Shown in pieces: positions 8,992 to 18,465 of a DNA stretch of 36,184 nt (its first letter is position 1; the number at the start of each line of letters is the position of its first letter). Source of the stretch: Parcubacteria group bacterium M6-OD1-1 (lineage in GTDB: Bacteria > Patescibacteriota > Minisyncoccia > GWC2-36-17 > M10-OD1-4). Made by a program: the position numbers and the translations under genes. Where the stretch lies: positions 76,122 through 112,305 of the forward strand of contig LSNK01000005.1 in NCBI GenBank assembly GCA_003056085.1, read 5' to 3'. The notes beneath the pieces are model-generated. The model was not told the origin of the DNA. It ran no database searches and saw only the letters and a list, made by a program, of their open reading frames with translations.

Positions 8992-9022
8992 TGTTCTTTA
9001 ACATTTTAATACAACTGAGGAG
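8992..9022 (+). promoter_or_regulatory. boxA-like element and Shine-Dalgarno site
   Basis: TGTTCTTTAACA (11/12 match to boxA TGCTCTTTAACA); GAGGAG at 9017-9022. Confidence 0.6.
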
Positions 9023-9028
9023 AAGATT

Positions 9029-10021
9029 ATGAGTGCGGTAGTCAATAAAGGAAATAGATATGTAGATATTTCTGTTAGTAATAATGAAGAAATTATTAAA
9101 AATCCTGATTTGGAGAGTCATAATATTTCGTACTGGGTAACTTTTATTTACATTATTTTTGTTACTTTTGAAACTTTTTTAAGGAAATTTTTGCCTGCTG
9201 TAAAAAAAGATAATAAGGATGGAATTTTTAAAAATATTATTAGAATTACAGATCTTAAATTTAACTCTATTCTCTTTGATAAGCTAAGCGATTCTTTGAT
9301 GTTTCTAAGAAAGAATAAAGCTTCTTATGCTGCTTTGGACTTGGTTTATCATTGGAAATTCGGGGCAAATATTAAGAACAAAAAAAGAGGTTTAAAAAAA
9401 TTAATAGAAGACATAGCATTCAATTGTAAGGTGAGTATAGGTGTTCGTAATAGATTTGAAATTGTTAAATTTAGCTTACTCGAGAGTGTATTGATAAAAA
9501 AAAGAAAAAGAATAATATCAATCGCGGCTGGCTCTGGTGAGGCTGTAATCTTAGCTATAGCAAAAGCTAAAAAACAAGGTTACCATGTTGATGCTCTTTT
9601 TATAGATATGGATGAAAATGCTCTTTTTTATGCAAAAAATTTAGCAGAAAAATTTGAAGTTTCGAAAAATGTTACATTTTTACACAAGTCTATTTCAGAT
9701 TCTTTCAGAGATATAATTTTATTTAAGCCCGATTTAATTGAAATGACAGGGATTATTGATTATTTCTCAGATGAAAATTTGAAAAAATTTTTAAAGTTTA
9801 TTTGCAGGCAAAATGCTGATGTTTTAACCAGTAATGTAACAAAAAGACCAGGATTTATTAGTTTTGCCGAGAAGATGTTTTTAACAATAACGATAGACTG
9901 GCCAATGTTCTACAGGACAAGAGAAACATTGAGTCGTATTTTTGAAGAAGTTGGTTTTGATGCTAAATTTATCACAGAGCCAATGGGTATGTACACTGTT
10001 GTTTCTTGTGTTAAGAAATAG
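9029..10021 (+). CDS. class I SAM-dependent methyltransferase (PhcB/YnbC-C-terminal-like)
   Basis: GVRNR, IISIAAGSG (SAM motif I), FIDMD, DLIEMTGIIDYF and WPMFYRT motifs. Confidence 0.8.
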   Translation: MSAVVNKGNRYVDISVSNNEEIIKNPDLESHNISYWVTFIYIIFVTFETFLRKFLPAVKKDNKDGIFKNIIRITDLKFNSILFDKLSDSLMFLRKNKASYAALDLVYHWKFGANIKNKKRGLKKLIEDIAFNCKVSIGVRNRFEIVKFSLLESVLIKKRKRIISIAAGSGEAVILAIAKAKKQGYHVDALFIDMDENALFYAKNLAEKFEVSKNVTFLHKSISDSFRDIILFKPDLIEMTGIIDYFSDENLKKFLKFICRQNADVLTSNVTKRPGFISFAEKMFLTITIDWPMFYRTRETLSRIFEEVGFDAKFITEPMGMYTVVSCVKK

Positions 10022-10033
10022 ATAATCTTAAGG

Positions 10034-10066
10034 AGAAGTGATATAATAATATCACTTCTTTTTTTT
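10034..10066 (+). terminator. intrinsic terminator
   Basis: AGAAGTGATAT-aata-ATATCACTTCT followed by a T-tract. Confidence 0.8.
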
Positions 10067-10086
10067 GTACTAAAATAATTGTAATT

Positions 10087-11691
10087 ATGATAACCTACTA
10101 TTCAATATCAGCTGCAATAAATATAATAATTAGTGTTGTTCTTGCTGTTGTGGTGTTTTGGAGCGGAAATACAAAAATAAACAGATCTTTTGTATATTTT
10201 TCACTTAGTGTTGCTTTATGGAGCGTGGGTTATTTTTTTTGGCAGATATCTTCATATCAACAAGAGGCTTTATTCTGGACCCGTTTTCTTATGATGGGGG
10301 CAATTTTAATACCAGCTACTTATGCCCATTTTGTTTTCTCTTTTCTTAATATCTATGAGAAAAAGAAAAAGATTCTTTTTGTAAGTTATGTTGTAACTGT
10401 ATTTTTTGAAGTCTTTGTTTTTAGTAATTTGATTGTAAAAAATGTAAGCCCAATATTAGGGTTTGATTTTTGGCCTGTTCCAGGATATTTATTTCATCCA
10501 TTTTTATTTTTATGGATAATTTACACTGCGTATGTAACTTATATTCTTTTTAAAAAATATTTATTATATGTAAATTCAGAAAAAACACAAATAAAATATT
10601 TGTTATTAGGTTTATCCATGGGGTTTTTAGGGGGTGCCACAAATTATTTTTTATGGTACAACATACCAATTCCTCCTGTGGGAAATGCCTTTGTGGCTCT
10701 TTATGTCATATTTATATTTTACGCGATAGTAAAACACAGTCTTTTTGATATTAAGGTAATAATAGCTGAAGCTCTTGTTTTTTCATTGTGGATTATTTTA
10801 TCTGTAAAACTAATTTTTTTAAAATCATTATCCGACATATTAATAGAGTCGGCAGTTTTAATTTTATTTATATTTTTCGGGGTTCTTTTAATAAGAAGTG
10901 TATCAAGAGAAGTTAAAAGAAGGGAAGAAACAGAAAAATTAGTAAATGAATTAAAAAAGGCTAATGAGAAATTAAAACAGGTAGATGAACAAAAATCTGA
11001 ATTTATATCAATAGCATCTCATCAGCTGAGAACACCCTTAACAGCCATTAAGGGCTATACTTCAATGCTTATTGAAGGAACTTATGGCGAGGTGTCTGAT
11101 AAGGCAAAAGGTATTGTCAGTAAGATATTTCAATCAAGTCAGCGTTTGGTGTATATTGTAAATGATATGCTCGATGTTTCTCGAATAGAAGAAGGAAGAT
11201 TAAAGTATACTTTTGAGGATGTTAAGATTAATAATTTGGTAAAAGATGTAATTGGAGAGCTTAAAGTGAATGCTGATTTTAAAAAATTAAAATTTAATTT
11301 TAGTGCGGATTCTGAGAGTTTAGATGTTGTTATAAGCGCTGATTATGGAAAAATCAGACAAGCTATAATAAATATTATAGACAATTCAATTAAATATACC
11401 GAAGAGGGGTTTGTTTCGGTATCTCTTGAGATATCCAAAAATAAAAATAGTTTGATATTGAATATCAAGGACTCAGGTATAGGAATGACAAAAAATCAGT
11501 TAAAAACTATTTTTGAAAAATTTAAAAGATCAAAAAATGCCATAAAGATGCATACAGAAGGTTCCGGACTGGGGCTTTATGTTGCAAAAGAAATGATAAA
11601 AAGTAACAAAGGTGTTATTTGGGCAACATCAGACGGTTTAGGAAAAGGTTCACAGTTTTATATAGAATTTCCAATTAAAAAAGAAAAGTAA
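10087..11691 (+). CDS. sensor histidine kinase with an N-terminal multi-TM (HisKA_7TM-like) input domain
   Basis: about 9 hydrophobic segments; H-box SHQLRTPL; N-box DNSIKYT; DSGIG; GSGLGL. Confidence 0.93.
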   Translation: MITYYSISAAINIIISVVLAVVVFWSGNTKINRSFVYFSLSVALWSVGYFFWQISSYQQEALFWTRFLMMGAILIPATYAHFVFSFLNIYEKKKKILFVSYVVTVFFEVFVFSNLIVKNVSPILGFDFWPVPGYLFHPFLFLWIIYTAYVTYILFKKYLLYVNSEKTQIKYLLLGLSMGFLGGATNYFLWYNIPIPPVGNAFVALYVIFIFYAIVKHSLFDIKVIIAEALVFSLWIILSVKLIFLKSLSDILIESAVLILFIFFGVLLIRSVSREVKRREETEKLVNELKKANEKLKQVDEQKSEFISIASHQLRTPLTAIKGYTSMLIEGTYGEVSDKAKGIVSKIFQSSQRLVYIVNDMLDVSRIEEGRLKYTFEDVKINNLVKDVIGELKVNADFKKLKFNFSADSESLDVVISADYGKIRQAIINIIDNSIKYTEEGFVSVSLEISKNKNSLILNIKDSGIGMTKNQLKTIFEKFKRSKNAIKMHTEGSGLGLYVAKEMIKSNKGVIWATSDGLGKGSQFYIEFPIKKEK

Positions 11692-11700
11692 TAAATTGAT

Positions 11701-12186
11701 ATGAGCATTACTATTACAAAAAATGCTGAAGAAACAAAAAAATTTGCCTCTGACTTGGCAAAAGATTTATTAAATAAACCAAATAAAGAAAAAAATGCGG
11801 TTGTTTTGGCTTTAGAGGGAGTTTTAGGAGCGGGGAAAACAACTTTTACTCAAGGATTTGCTGAAGGCTTGGATATGAAAGAGGATATAACAAGTCCAAC
11901 TTTTGTAATTTTAAAAGAGTATAAAATAAAAGCAAAAAGTAAAAAGTCAAAAGTAAAAAGTCACGACAAATCACTCGAAAGGTTTTATCATATAGATTGT
12001 TACCGCTTAAAAGACGAAAGTGACTTGGACAGTATCGGGTTTTTTGAGATTTTAAAAGATCCAAAAAATATTATTTTAATAGAATGGGCGGGGAAAATAA
12101 AAAAAGCGTTGCCTAAAAAATACACAAGCATAAAATTTTATTATATTTCAGAAAATAAAAGAAAAATATCAATAAATCTGAATTGA
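11701..12186 (+). CDS. tsaE: tRNA threonylcarbamoyladenosine biosynthesis ATPase TsaE
   Basis: LGAGKTTF, SPTF, HIDCYRL and IEW motifs. Confidence 0.96.
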   Translation: MSITITKNAEETKKFASDLAKDLLNKPNKEKNAVVLALEGVLGAGKTTFTQGFAEGLDMKEDITSPTFVILKEYKIKAKSKKSKVKSHDKSLERFYHIDCYRLKDESDLDSIGFFEILKDPKNIILIEWAGKIKKALPKKYTSIKFYYISENKRKISINLN

Positions 12187-12211
12187 CTTTTGTTTTTGCT
12201 GTTGTTAGTAT
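12183..12211 (+). promoter_or_regulatory. promoter of a probably leaderless TA transcript
   Basis: TTGACT-N17-TAGTAT with extended TG; ATG begins 7 nt after the -10 box. Confidence 0.6.
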
Positions 12212-12217
12212 AAAAAT

Positions 12218-12418
12218 ATGAATAAATTAAAGCTGAAAATAAAACAAAAATCCAGTAATTTAGTTGTGGAAATGGATGCTGGCAGGTTTGAAAAATTAGC
12301 TGCCAGTTTTGGTATGTTTAATCCGGATTTTTTAAAAAGCGTCAAAAGAGCAGAGTCTGATTATAAAAAAGGACGTGTAAAAAAAATAAAGTCTTTAAAA
12401 GAACTCACAAAAAAATAA
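12218..12418 (+). CDS. putative antitoxin
   Basis: small ORF upstream of a RelE-like gene; C-terminal 'F.KSVKRAESDYKKGRV...L.EL' is typical of RelB/Phd-like antitoxin tails. Confidence 0.7.
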   Translation: MNKLKLKIKQKSSNLVVEMDAGRFEKLAASFGMFNPDFLKSVKRAESDYKKGRVKKIKSLKELTKK

Positions 12419-12422
12419 TTTT

Positions 12423-12701
12423 ATGATAGAGATTCTTATAGCGGAGGAGTTTGAAAAATTGTATATAAAACTTCCAATATCCATACAAAAAAAAGCTATA
12501 AAACAACAGGAATTGTTCTTAATAAATCCATTTTACACGTCTCTTAATACAGAAAAACTTGAACCCAAAGGAAAACAACTTTGGAGTTTTCGTATTAATA
12601 AAACCTATAGAATTGTTTTTCGTTTTGTTGATGGCAATAAAGTGCTTTCTCTTACAGTTGGTATGCATGATTGGATATATAAAATAGTCGGAAAATTTTA
12701 A
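12423..12701 (+). CDS. RelE/ParE-superfamily toxin
   Basis: F.K.Y.KLP, NPFY.SL.TEKL, WSFRIN..YRIVF and VG.HD..Y motifs. Confidence 0.88.
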   Translation: MIEILIAEEFEKLYIKLPISIQKKAIKQQELFLINPFYTSLNTEKLEPKGKQLWSFRINKTYRIVFRFVDGNKVLSLTVGMHDWIYKIVGKF

Positions 12702-12717
12702 AACTAAAAACAGCTAA

Positions 12718-15282
12718 ATGAAAAAAGAAAAATTAGTTATTATAGATTCAAATGCGTTGGTGCATAGGGCTTTCCATGCATTACCTCCTTTAAGCTCTCA
12801 AAAAGGAGAACTTACCAATGCAGTTTATGGTTTTACCAGTACGCTGATTAAAGTTATAAAAGAGATGAATCCGGACTATATGGTTGCATGTTTTGATCTT
12901 CCTGAGCCCACTTTCAGGCATAGGGAGTTTGAAGAATATAAGGCGCATAGACAAAAGACTCCGGAAGATTTAATTCCTCAGTTTAATAAGGTTAAAGAGG
13001 TTGTTCGCGCTTTTGATATTCCTATTTTTGAGAAGTCCGGTTTTGAAGCAGATGATCTTTTGGGGACAATAACAACTATTGTTAAAAAACAAAATCCAAA
13101 TATTCAGAGTATAATTTTAACGGGAGATTTAGACACGCTTCAATTGGTTAATGACAGTACGGTTGTTTATACTCTAAAAAAAGGAATAACAGACACGGTT
13201 ATTTATGATAAAAAGGCGATTTTTGAAAGATATGGACTCAAGCCTAACCAAATGACAGATTACAAAGGGTTGGTGGGGGATCCATCAGACAATATTCCCG
13301 GAGTTCCTGGGGTGGGAGCAAAAACAGCAAGCAAACTCCTTTTGGAATATAAAACATTAGAGGGGGTTTATGAGAACATCGCTTTGCTTCCGGAAAGAAA
13401 TAGAAAGAAGTTGGAGGAATATAAAGATCAGGCCTTTTTCTCAAAAAAATTAGCCACTATAAAAAAAGATGTTGATATTGATTTTAGTCTTTCAGATGCA
13501 AAGTTTGGAAACTATGATATGGACAAGGTAAAAAAGCTTTTTTTAGAGCTTAATTTTTTTACTTTGGCGTCAAGACTAAATTCAAAAGAAACAGAGAAAA
13601 AAAAACAAAAAGAATTAGAAAAAATAAAAATAGAGAATTTTAAAACAGAAGATTTAGAAAAAATAAAAAAAGCGGACCACATCGCAATATCTTTTTTAAA
13701 TGAAAAAATTTTAATTTGTTTTTCGGATAAATATTTTATTTCAGCTGAGCAGGAAGATATAAAAAATATTTTGGAGGATGAAAGTATAAAAAAAGTTGGT
13801 TTTAATCTTAAAAATACAATAAAAAAATTAAAAGAAAAAAATATAAATTTAAAAGGTGAGTATTTTGATGTTCAAATAGCAAGTTACCTCCTTGCGCCAG
13901 GGCTTAGAAGCTATGATCTTAAAAAAGTGATTTTTGAGCAGCTCGGAGATGATTTATCAGCAGATGAGGTTAAAGACAAAGAGGCGTATTTTTGTTTTTT
14001 AGTAAAAAATAAATTAGAAGAAAGACTTAAGCAAAACGATATTTTAAATATTTTCTTTGATATTGAAATGCCCCTTGTTCATATTTTAGCAAATATGGAG
14101 ATTGCGGGTATTGGTGTAAATTCTGAAAAGCTAAAAGATTTATCCAATGAGCTTGAAAAAAAATTAAATAATTTGAAAAAAGATATATACAAATTTGCAG
14201 GCAAAGAATTTAACATTAATTCTCCGTCGCAGCTGGGTCCAATATTGTTTGAGGACCTAAAAATTCAAGAAGACGCTAAAGTTAAAAAAACAAAAACAGG
14301 AGCTTATTCTACAAATGAAAGTGAGCTTGAAAAATTCAGAAAAAATCATAAAATAATAAAAGAGATTTTAGAATACAGAGAATTGTTTAAATTAAAAACC
14401 ACTTATTCAGATGCGTTGCCAAAGCTTATAAATAAAAAAACAAAAAAGATTCACACAACTTTCAATCAAACAGGAACAGCAACAGGCAGGCTTTCGTCTT
14501 CCGATCCAAATATGCAAAATATTCCTCAGGCAGGAGAATTTTCTTCTAAAATAAGAGAGGCTTTTGTAGCTGAAAAAAACTATAGTTTTGTTGCTTATGA
14601 TTATTCTCAAATTGAATTAAGAATAATAGCCCATCTTTCAGGAGATGAAAAAATGATTAAGATTTTTAAATCTGGAGGCGACATTCATACAGCAACCGCA
14701 ATGGAAATAAATAAAGTTTCTGAAGATGATGTTACAAAAAAAATGAGAAAAATGGCAAAAGTTTTGAATTTTGGAATCTTATTTGGTATGAGTGTTAAAG
14801 GTTTTTCAAACGCCGCTGAAGTTGATATGGATACGGCAAAAAAGTTTATGGAGGGTTATTTTGTTAATTTTCCAAAAGTTGCCGAATTTATTGATAAGAC
14901 TGTAAAATATGCAAAACAATATGGATATGTAAAAACAGAGCTTGGCAGAAAGCGCTGGCTCCCGGACTTAAAAAGTCCAAATTGGATTTTAAGAAATTCA
15001 GCGGAAAGAATGGCTCAAAATATGCCCGTTCAAGGATTTGAGGCTGACATATTAAAGCTCGCTATGATAAATGTAGATAAAAAATTTCTAAAAAATGAAA
15101 AAGATAATATAAGAATGATTATTCAGGTGCATGACGAATTAGTTTTTGAAATAAAAGATGATATAATCAAAGATGTAAAAGAGGAAATTAAATTAATTTT
15201 GGAGGATGTTTATCGCTTAAAAGTTCCTCTTACAGTTTCTGTTTTTGCCGGCAAAGATTGGGGTAATATGGAAAAAATATAA
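12718..15282 (+). CDS. polA: DNA polymerase I
   Basis: 5'-nuclease (HRAFHA, EADD, GDPSDNIPGV), TGRLSS.DPN.QNIP, DYSQIELR and VHDEL motifs. Confidence 0.98.
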   Translation: MKKEKLVIIDSNALVHRAFHALPPLSSQKGELTNAVYGFTSTLIKVIKEMNPDYMVACFDLPEPTFRHREFEEYKAHRQKTPEDLIPQFNKVKEVVRAFDIPIFEKSGFEADDLLGTITTIVKKQNPNIQSIILTGDLDTLQLVNDSTVVYTLKKGITDTVIYDKKAIFERYGLKPNQMTDYKGLVGDPSDNIPGVPGVGAKTASKLLLEYKTLEGVYENIALLPERNRKKLEEYKDQAFFSKKLATIKKDVDIDFSLSDAKFGNYDMDKVKKLFLELNFFTLASRLNSKETEKKKQKELEKIKIENFKTEDLEKIKKADHIAISFLNEKILICFSDKYFISAEQEDIKNILEDESIKKVGFNLKNTIKKLKEKNINLKGEYFDVQIASYLLAPGLRSYDLKKVIFEQLGDDLSADEVKDKEAYFCFLVKNKLEERLKQNDILNIFFDIEMPLVHILANMEIAGIGVNSEKLKDLSNELEKKLNNLKKDIYKFAGKEFNINSPSQLGPILFEDLKIQEDAKVKKTKTGAYSTNESELEKFRKNHKIIKEILEYRELFKLKTTYSDALPKLINKKTKKIHTTFNQTGTATGRLSSSDPNMQNIPQAGEFSSKIREAFVAEKNYSFVAYDYSQIELRIIAHLSGDEKMIKIFKSGGDIHTATAMEINKVSEDDVTKKMRKMAKVLNFGILFGMSVKGFSNAAEVDMDTAKKFMEGYFVNFPKVAEFIDKTVKYAKQYGYVKTELGRKRWLPDLKSPNWILRNSAERMAQNMPVQGFEADILKLAMINVDKKFLKNEKDNIRMIIQVHDELVFEIKDDIIKDVKEEIKLILEDVYRLKVPLTVSVFAGKDWGNMEKI

Positions 15283-15300
15283 ATTAAAAAAATAGATTAA

Positions 15301-16674
15301 ATGGAAGATAAAAAACAAAAAGAATTAAATAAGAAATTTTACTCTGTTTTATGGCGCAATCTTTCAGTCGTGTTGATTTTGGTTGTTATTTCCTTAGTTT
15401 TTTGGATATTTGCCTTTTTAAATAATATAGAAGAGAAGGTTTTATTTTTACTTGGATCGGGAGTCGTTGTATTTTTGGTAATGACAATTCTTATTATAAA
15501 AAACAGTATGGTTGTTGTCAGGCTTTTGAGAAAAATGGAAAATGAAAAAAAACAGACAGAGATAATAGTTTCAAACCTTATTAATGGAGTAATTCAATAT
15601 GACGCTAATTTTAAAATTCTCTTGATAAATCCTATGGCAGAAGAGATTTTAGGCGTTAAAAAAGATGATATTTTAAGAAAAAAAATCACCTCAGACACTT
15701 TAAAAGAAGATCCAAAATACGAATCTTTGGTAAAAGTTTTATACCCCGCTCTTGCAGAAGACTCCAATAAGATTTTAACAAAAGGAAATAAGCAAAAAAT
15801 ATTGGAAATGAAAATTTCAAAACCGAGAGAAACCGATATTCAGATTACAACTATTCCGCTCTCCAATGAGTCCGGAGATGCAGGAGGATATCTAAAAATA
15901 ATAAGAGATGTTTCAAGAGAAAAAGCAATATCAAAAACAAAATCAGAATTTATTTCAATAGCGGCTCATCAACTGAGAACCCCGCTTTCTGCCATTAAGT
16001 GGATTTTTAAAATGCTTATTGATGGAGATGTCGGAGAGCTTTCAAAAGATCAAAAAGATTTTTTGCAAAAAGGATATGATTCAAATGAAAGAATTATCCA
16101 GCTTGTCAGTGATATGTTAAATGTTGCAAGAATAGAAGAAGGCAGGTTTGGGTATGAATTTTATTTCGTAGACATGGAAGGATTAATAAGAAAAAGCATA
16201 GCCGGATTTGAGTTGAAAGCGGAGGAAAAGAAGATAGAAGTAACTTTTATTGATTTAAAAGAAAAAATTAATCCTATTAAAATTGATCCTGCGAAAATAG
16301 AGCTTGTTTTACAAAACCTTATAGATAATGCTTTAAAATATACTCCAAATGGAGGAAAGATTTTTATTAAATTAGAAAAGATAAATGATGACTTTATTGA
16401 AGTGAGTGTTAGAGATACGGGAGTCGGAGTGCCGGAAGATCAAAAAAACAGATTATTTTCTAAGTTTTTCAGAGGCTCAAATGTTATAAAAATGGAAACC
16501 GAAGGAACAGGTCTTGGATTATTTATAGTAAGAAATATTATTCAAAGACACGGAGGGAAAATTTGGGTGGAAACAAAAGATGAGGAGGGGACAACATTTT
16601 TATTTACACTTCCAATAAAAGAATCTCAAATACCGGAAGAAGAAAACAGTAAAAAAGATGATATTAATTTATAA
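15301..16674 (+). CDS. PAS-domain sensor histidine kinase
   Basis: 2 TM helices, PAS (INPMAEEILG), AHQLRTPL, DNALKYT and GTGLGL. Confidence 0.93.
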   Translation: MEDKKQKELNKKFYSVLWRNLSVVLILVVISLVFWIFAFLNNIEEKVLFLLGSGVVVFLVMTILIIKNSMVVVRLLRKMENEKKQTEIIVSNLINGVIQYDANFKILLINPMAEEILGVKKDDILRKKITSDTLKEDPKYESLVKVLYPALAEDSNKILTKGNKQKILEMKISKPRETDIQITTIPLSNESGDAGGYLKIIRDVSREKAISKTKSEFISIAAHQLRTPLSAIKWIFKMLIDGDVGELSKDQKDFLQKGYDSNERIIQLVSDMLNVARIEEGRFGYEFYFVDMEGLIRKSIAGFELKAEEKKIEVTFIDLKEKINPIKIDPAKIELVLQNLIDNALKYTPNGGKIFIKLEKINDDFIEVSVRDTGVGVPEDQKNRLFSKFFRGSNVIKMETEGTGLGLFIVRNIIQRHGGKIWVETKDEEGTTFLFTLPIKESQIPEEENSKKDDINL

Positions 16675-16686
16675 AAACTTAAGAAT

Positions 16687-16959
16687 ATGAAAAAAGAAAA
16701 AAAAGTAACTTTGAAAGTTAAAAAATCTGTAAAAAAAACAACATCTAAAAAAGCTGTTAAAAAAACAAAAAAAATAACCAAAGATATGACTATTTCAGAT
16801 GTGGTTAAAAAATATCCTCAAACAATGGAAGTATTTTTTAACTATGAACTCCATTGTGTTGGATGTTTTGCGGCTGAATTTGAAACTATAGAGATGGGGG
16901 CTGAGGTGCATGGTATTAATGTGGAGCATCTTTTATATGATTTAAATAAAAAGATTTAA
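16687..16959 (+). CDS. DUF1858-type small CxxC protein with a basic N-terminal tail
   Basis: ITKDMTI.DVV.KYP...HCVGC..A.FETI..GA.VHG. Confidence 0.85.
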   Translation: MKKEKKVTLKVKKSVKKTTSKKAVKKTKKITKDMTISDVVKKYPQTMEVFFNYELHCVGCFAAEFETIEMGAEVHGINVEHLLYDLNKKI

Positions 16960-16972
16960 ACTGTAAATTAGT

Positions 16973-17692
16973 ATGAATATACTGGAGATTAAAAACCTAT
17001 CCGTTAAATATGACAAAATACAAATTTTAAAAAACATATCCTTTTCTTTAAAAGAAGGCAAGACACTTGCCCTGCTTGGTCCAAATGGAGCAGGCAAGTC
17101 CACATTATTTAAGGCTATCTTGGGTCTTGTAGATTATGAAGGGGAAATTATTTGGAATAAAAAACCAAAAATAGGATTTGTTCCACAAAGATTTGATTTT
17201 GATAAAGGCGTTCCAATGACCGTTAAGGAGTTTATATTATTGCATGCAAATTCAAATTGGAATTTTTGGGCGCCTTCAAAAGAGATATTAAAAAATATTA
17301 AAAAACACTTGAAATATCTTAATGCGGAAAAATTAATAAACAAAAAGATAGGCGAGTTATCATCCGGTCAATTTCAAAGAATTTTAATAGCAAGAGCTCT
17401 TTTTGGAAAGCCAAATGTGCTTCTTTTTGATGAGCCTACGGCAGATATTGATGTTGAGGGTGAAATGACTATATATCCTCTCATTAGAGATTTATCAAAA
17501 AAACTTTCTTTTACTCCGATAGTTATATCGCATGACTTGAATATAGTTTATGAGTTTGCGGATAATGTTATATGTTTAAATAAAAAAATGATGTGTTCCG
17601 GCGCGCCAAAATCTGTTTTGACACAAGACCAGTTAAATGAACTTTATGGAGAAGGTGTTGGGTTTTATGTGCATCATAATCATCATAAGTAA
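16973..17692 (+). CDS. Zn/Mn ABC transporter ATP-binding protein (ZnuC-like)
   Basis: GPNGAGKST, GFVPQR, LSSGQ, DEPT and SHDL motifs; His-rich C-terminus. Confidence 0.92.
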   Translation: MNILEIKNLSVKYDKIQILKNISFSLKEGKTLALLGPNGAGKSTLFKAILGLVDYEGEIIWNKKPKIGFVPQRFDFDKGVPMTVKEFILLHANSNWNFWAPSKEILKNIKKHLKYLNAEKLINKKIGELSSGQFQRILIARALFGKPNVLLFDEPTADIDVEGEMTIYPLIRDLSKKLSFTPIVISHDLNIVYEFADNVICLNKKMMCSGAPKSVLTQDQLNELYGEGVGFYVHHNHHK

Positions 17693-17710
17693 TGAAATTT
17701 TAAATAAAGT

Positions 17711-18463
17711 ATGGATATAAGTGTAATCATAGTCAGTTTAATAGTTGGTGTGGCAGCGTCAATCTTGGGGGTTTTCATTATTTTAAGAAGACTTGCTTTA
17801 GTATCTGATGTTTTATCTCACGTTGCTTTGCCCGGTATGGCTTTGTCTTTGTTTTTTGGCATTAATGTATTTTTTGGTGCATTTGCGGCGTTGATATTTG
17901 CCGTTCTTGGGATATATTTTTTAGAAAATAAATCAAAAATCTCTCTTGAAGCAATTGTCGGCATTATGTTTACAACGTCTTTGGCTTTGGGTATGATTTT
18001 TTTCCCTGACAAAGAGCAATTGATAGACGGACTTTTTGGAAATATAAACAGCATAACAACAGAAGATGTTTTTTTAACTTACATCTTGGGTGGATTTATT
18101 ATTTTAATAACTTTAGTATTTTTTAGGAATTTTGCTCACACAACTTTTTCAAAAGAATTAGCTCAAAGCGAAGGTTTTTCGGTGAAGAAAATCAATTTGA
18201 TATTTTTGGTGCTACTTGCTGCTGTTATAGCATTAGGAGTAAAGGTTGTCGGAACTTTACTGATAGGGGCATTGACCATATTACCTGTCTCAATAGCAAA
18301 AAATTTATCCGGGAGCTTAAAATCAATGACCGTACTCTCTGTTTTTTTTGGTGTATTTATTGTCATTTTAGGAATCTTGGCTTCTTTATTCTTCAGCATC
18401 CCGCTTGGAGCCGCAATTATTTTATCAGGCAGTATATTATTTATTCTTTCTTTATTTAAATAA
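17711..18463 (+). CDS. Zn/Mn ABC transporter permease (ZnuB-like)
   Basis: LRRLAL..D.LSH.ALPG, LFG and VVG.LL motifs; multiple TM segments. Confidence 0.92.
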   Translation: MDISVIIVSLIVGVAASILGVFIILRRLALVSDVLSHVALPGMALSLFFGINVFFGAFAALIFAVLGIYFLENKSKISLEAIVGIMFTTSLALGMIFFPDKEQLIDGLFGNINSITTEDVFLTYILGGFIILITLVFFRNFAHTTFSKELAQSEGFSVKKINLIFLVLLAAVIALGVKVVGTLLIGALTILPVSIAKNLSGSLKSMTVLSVFFGVFIVILGILASLFFSIPLGAAIILSGSILFILSLFK

Positions 18464-18465
18464 AA

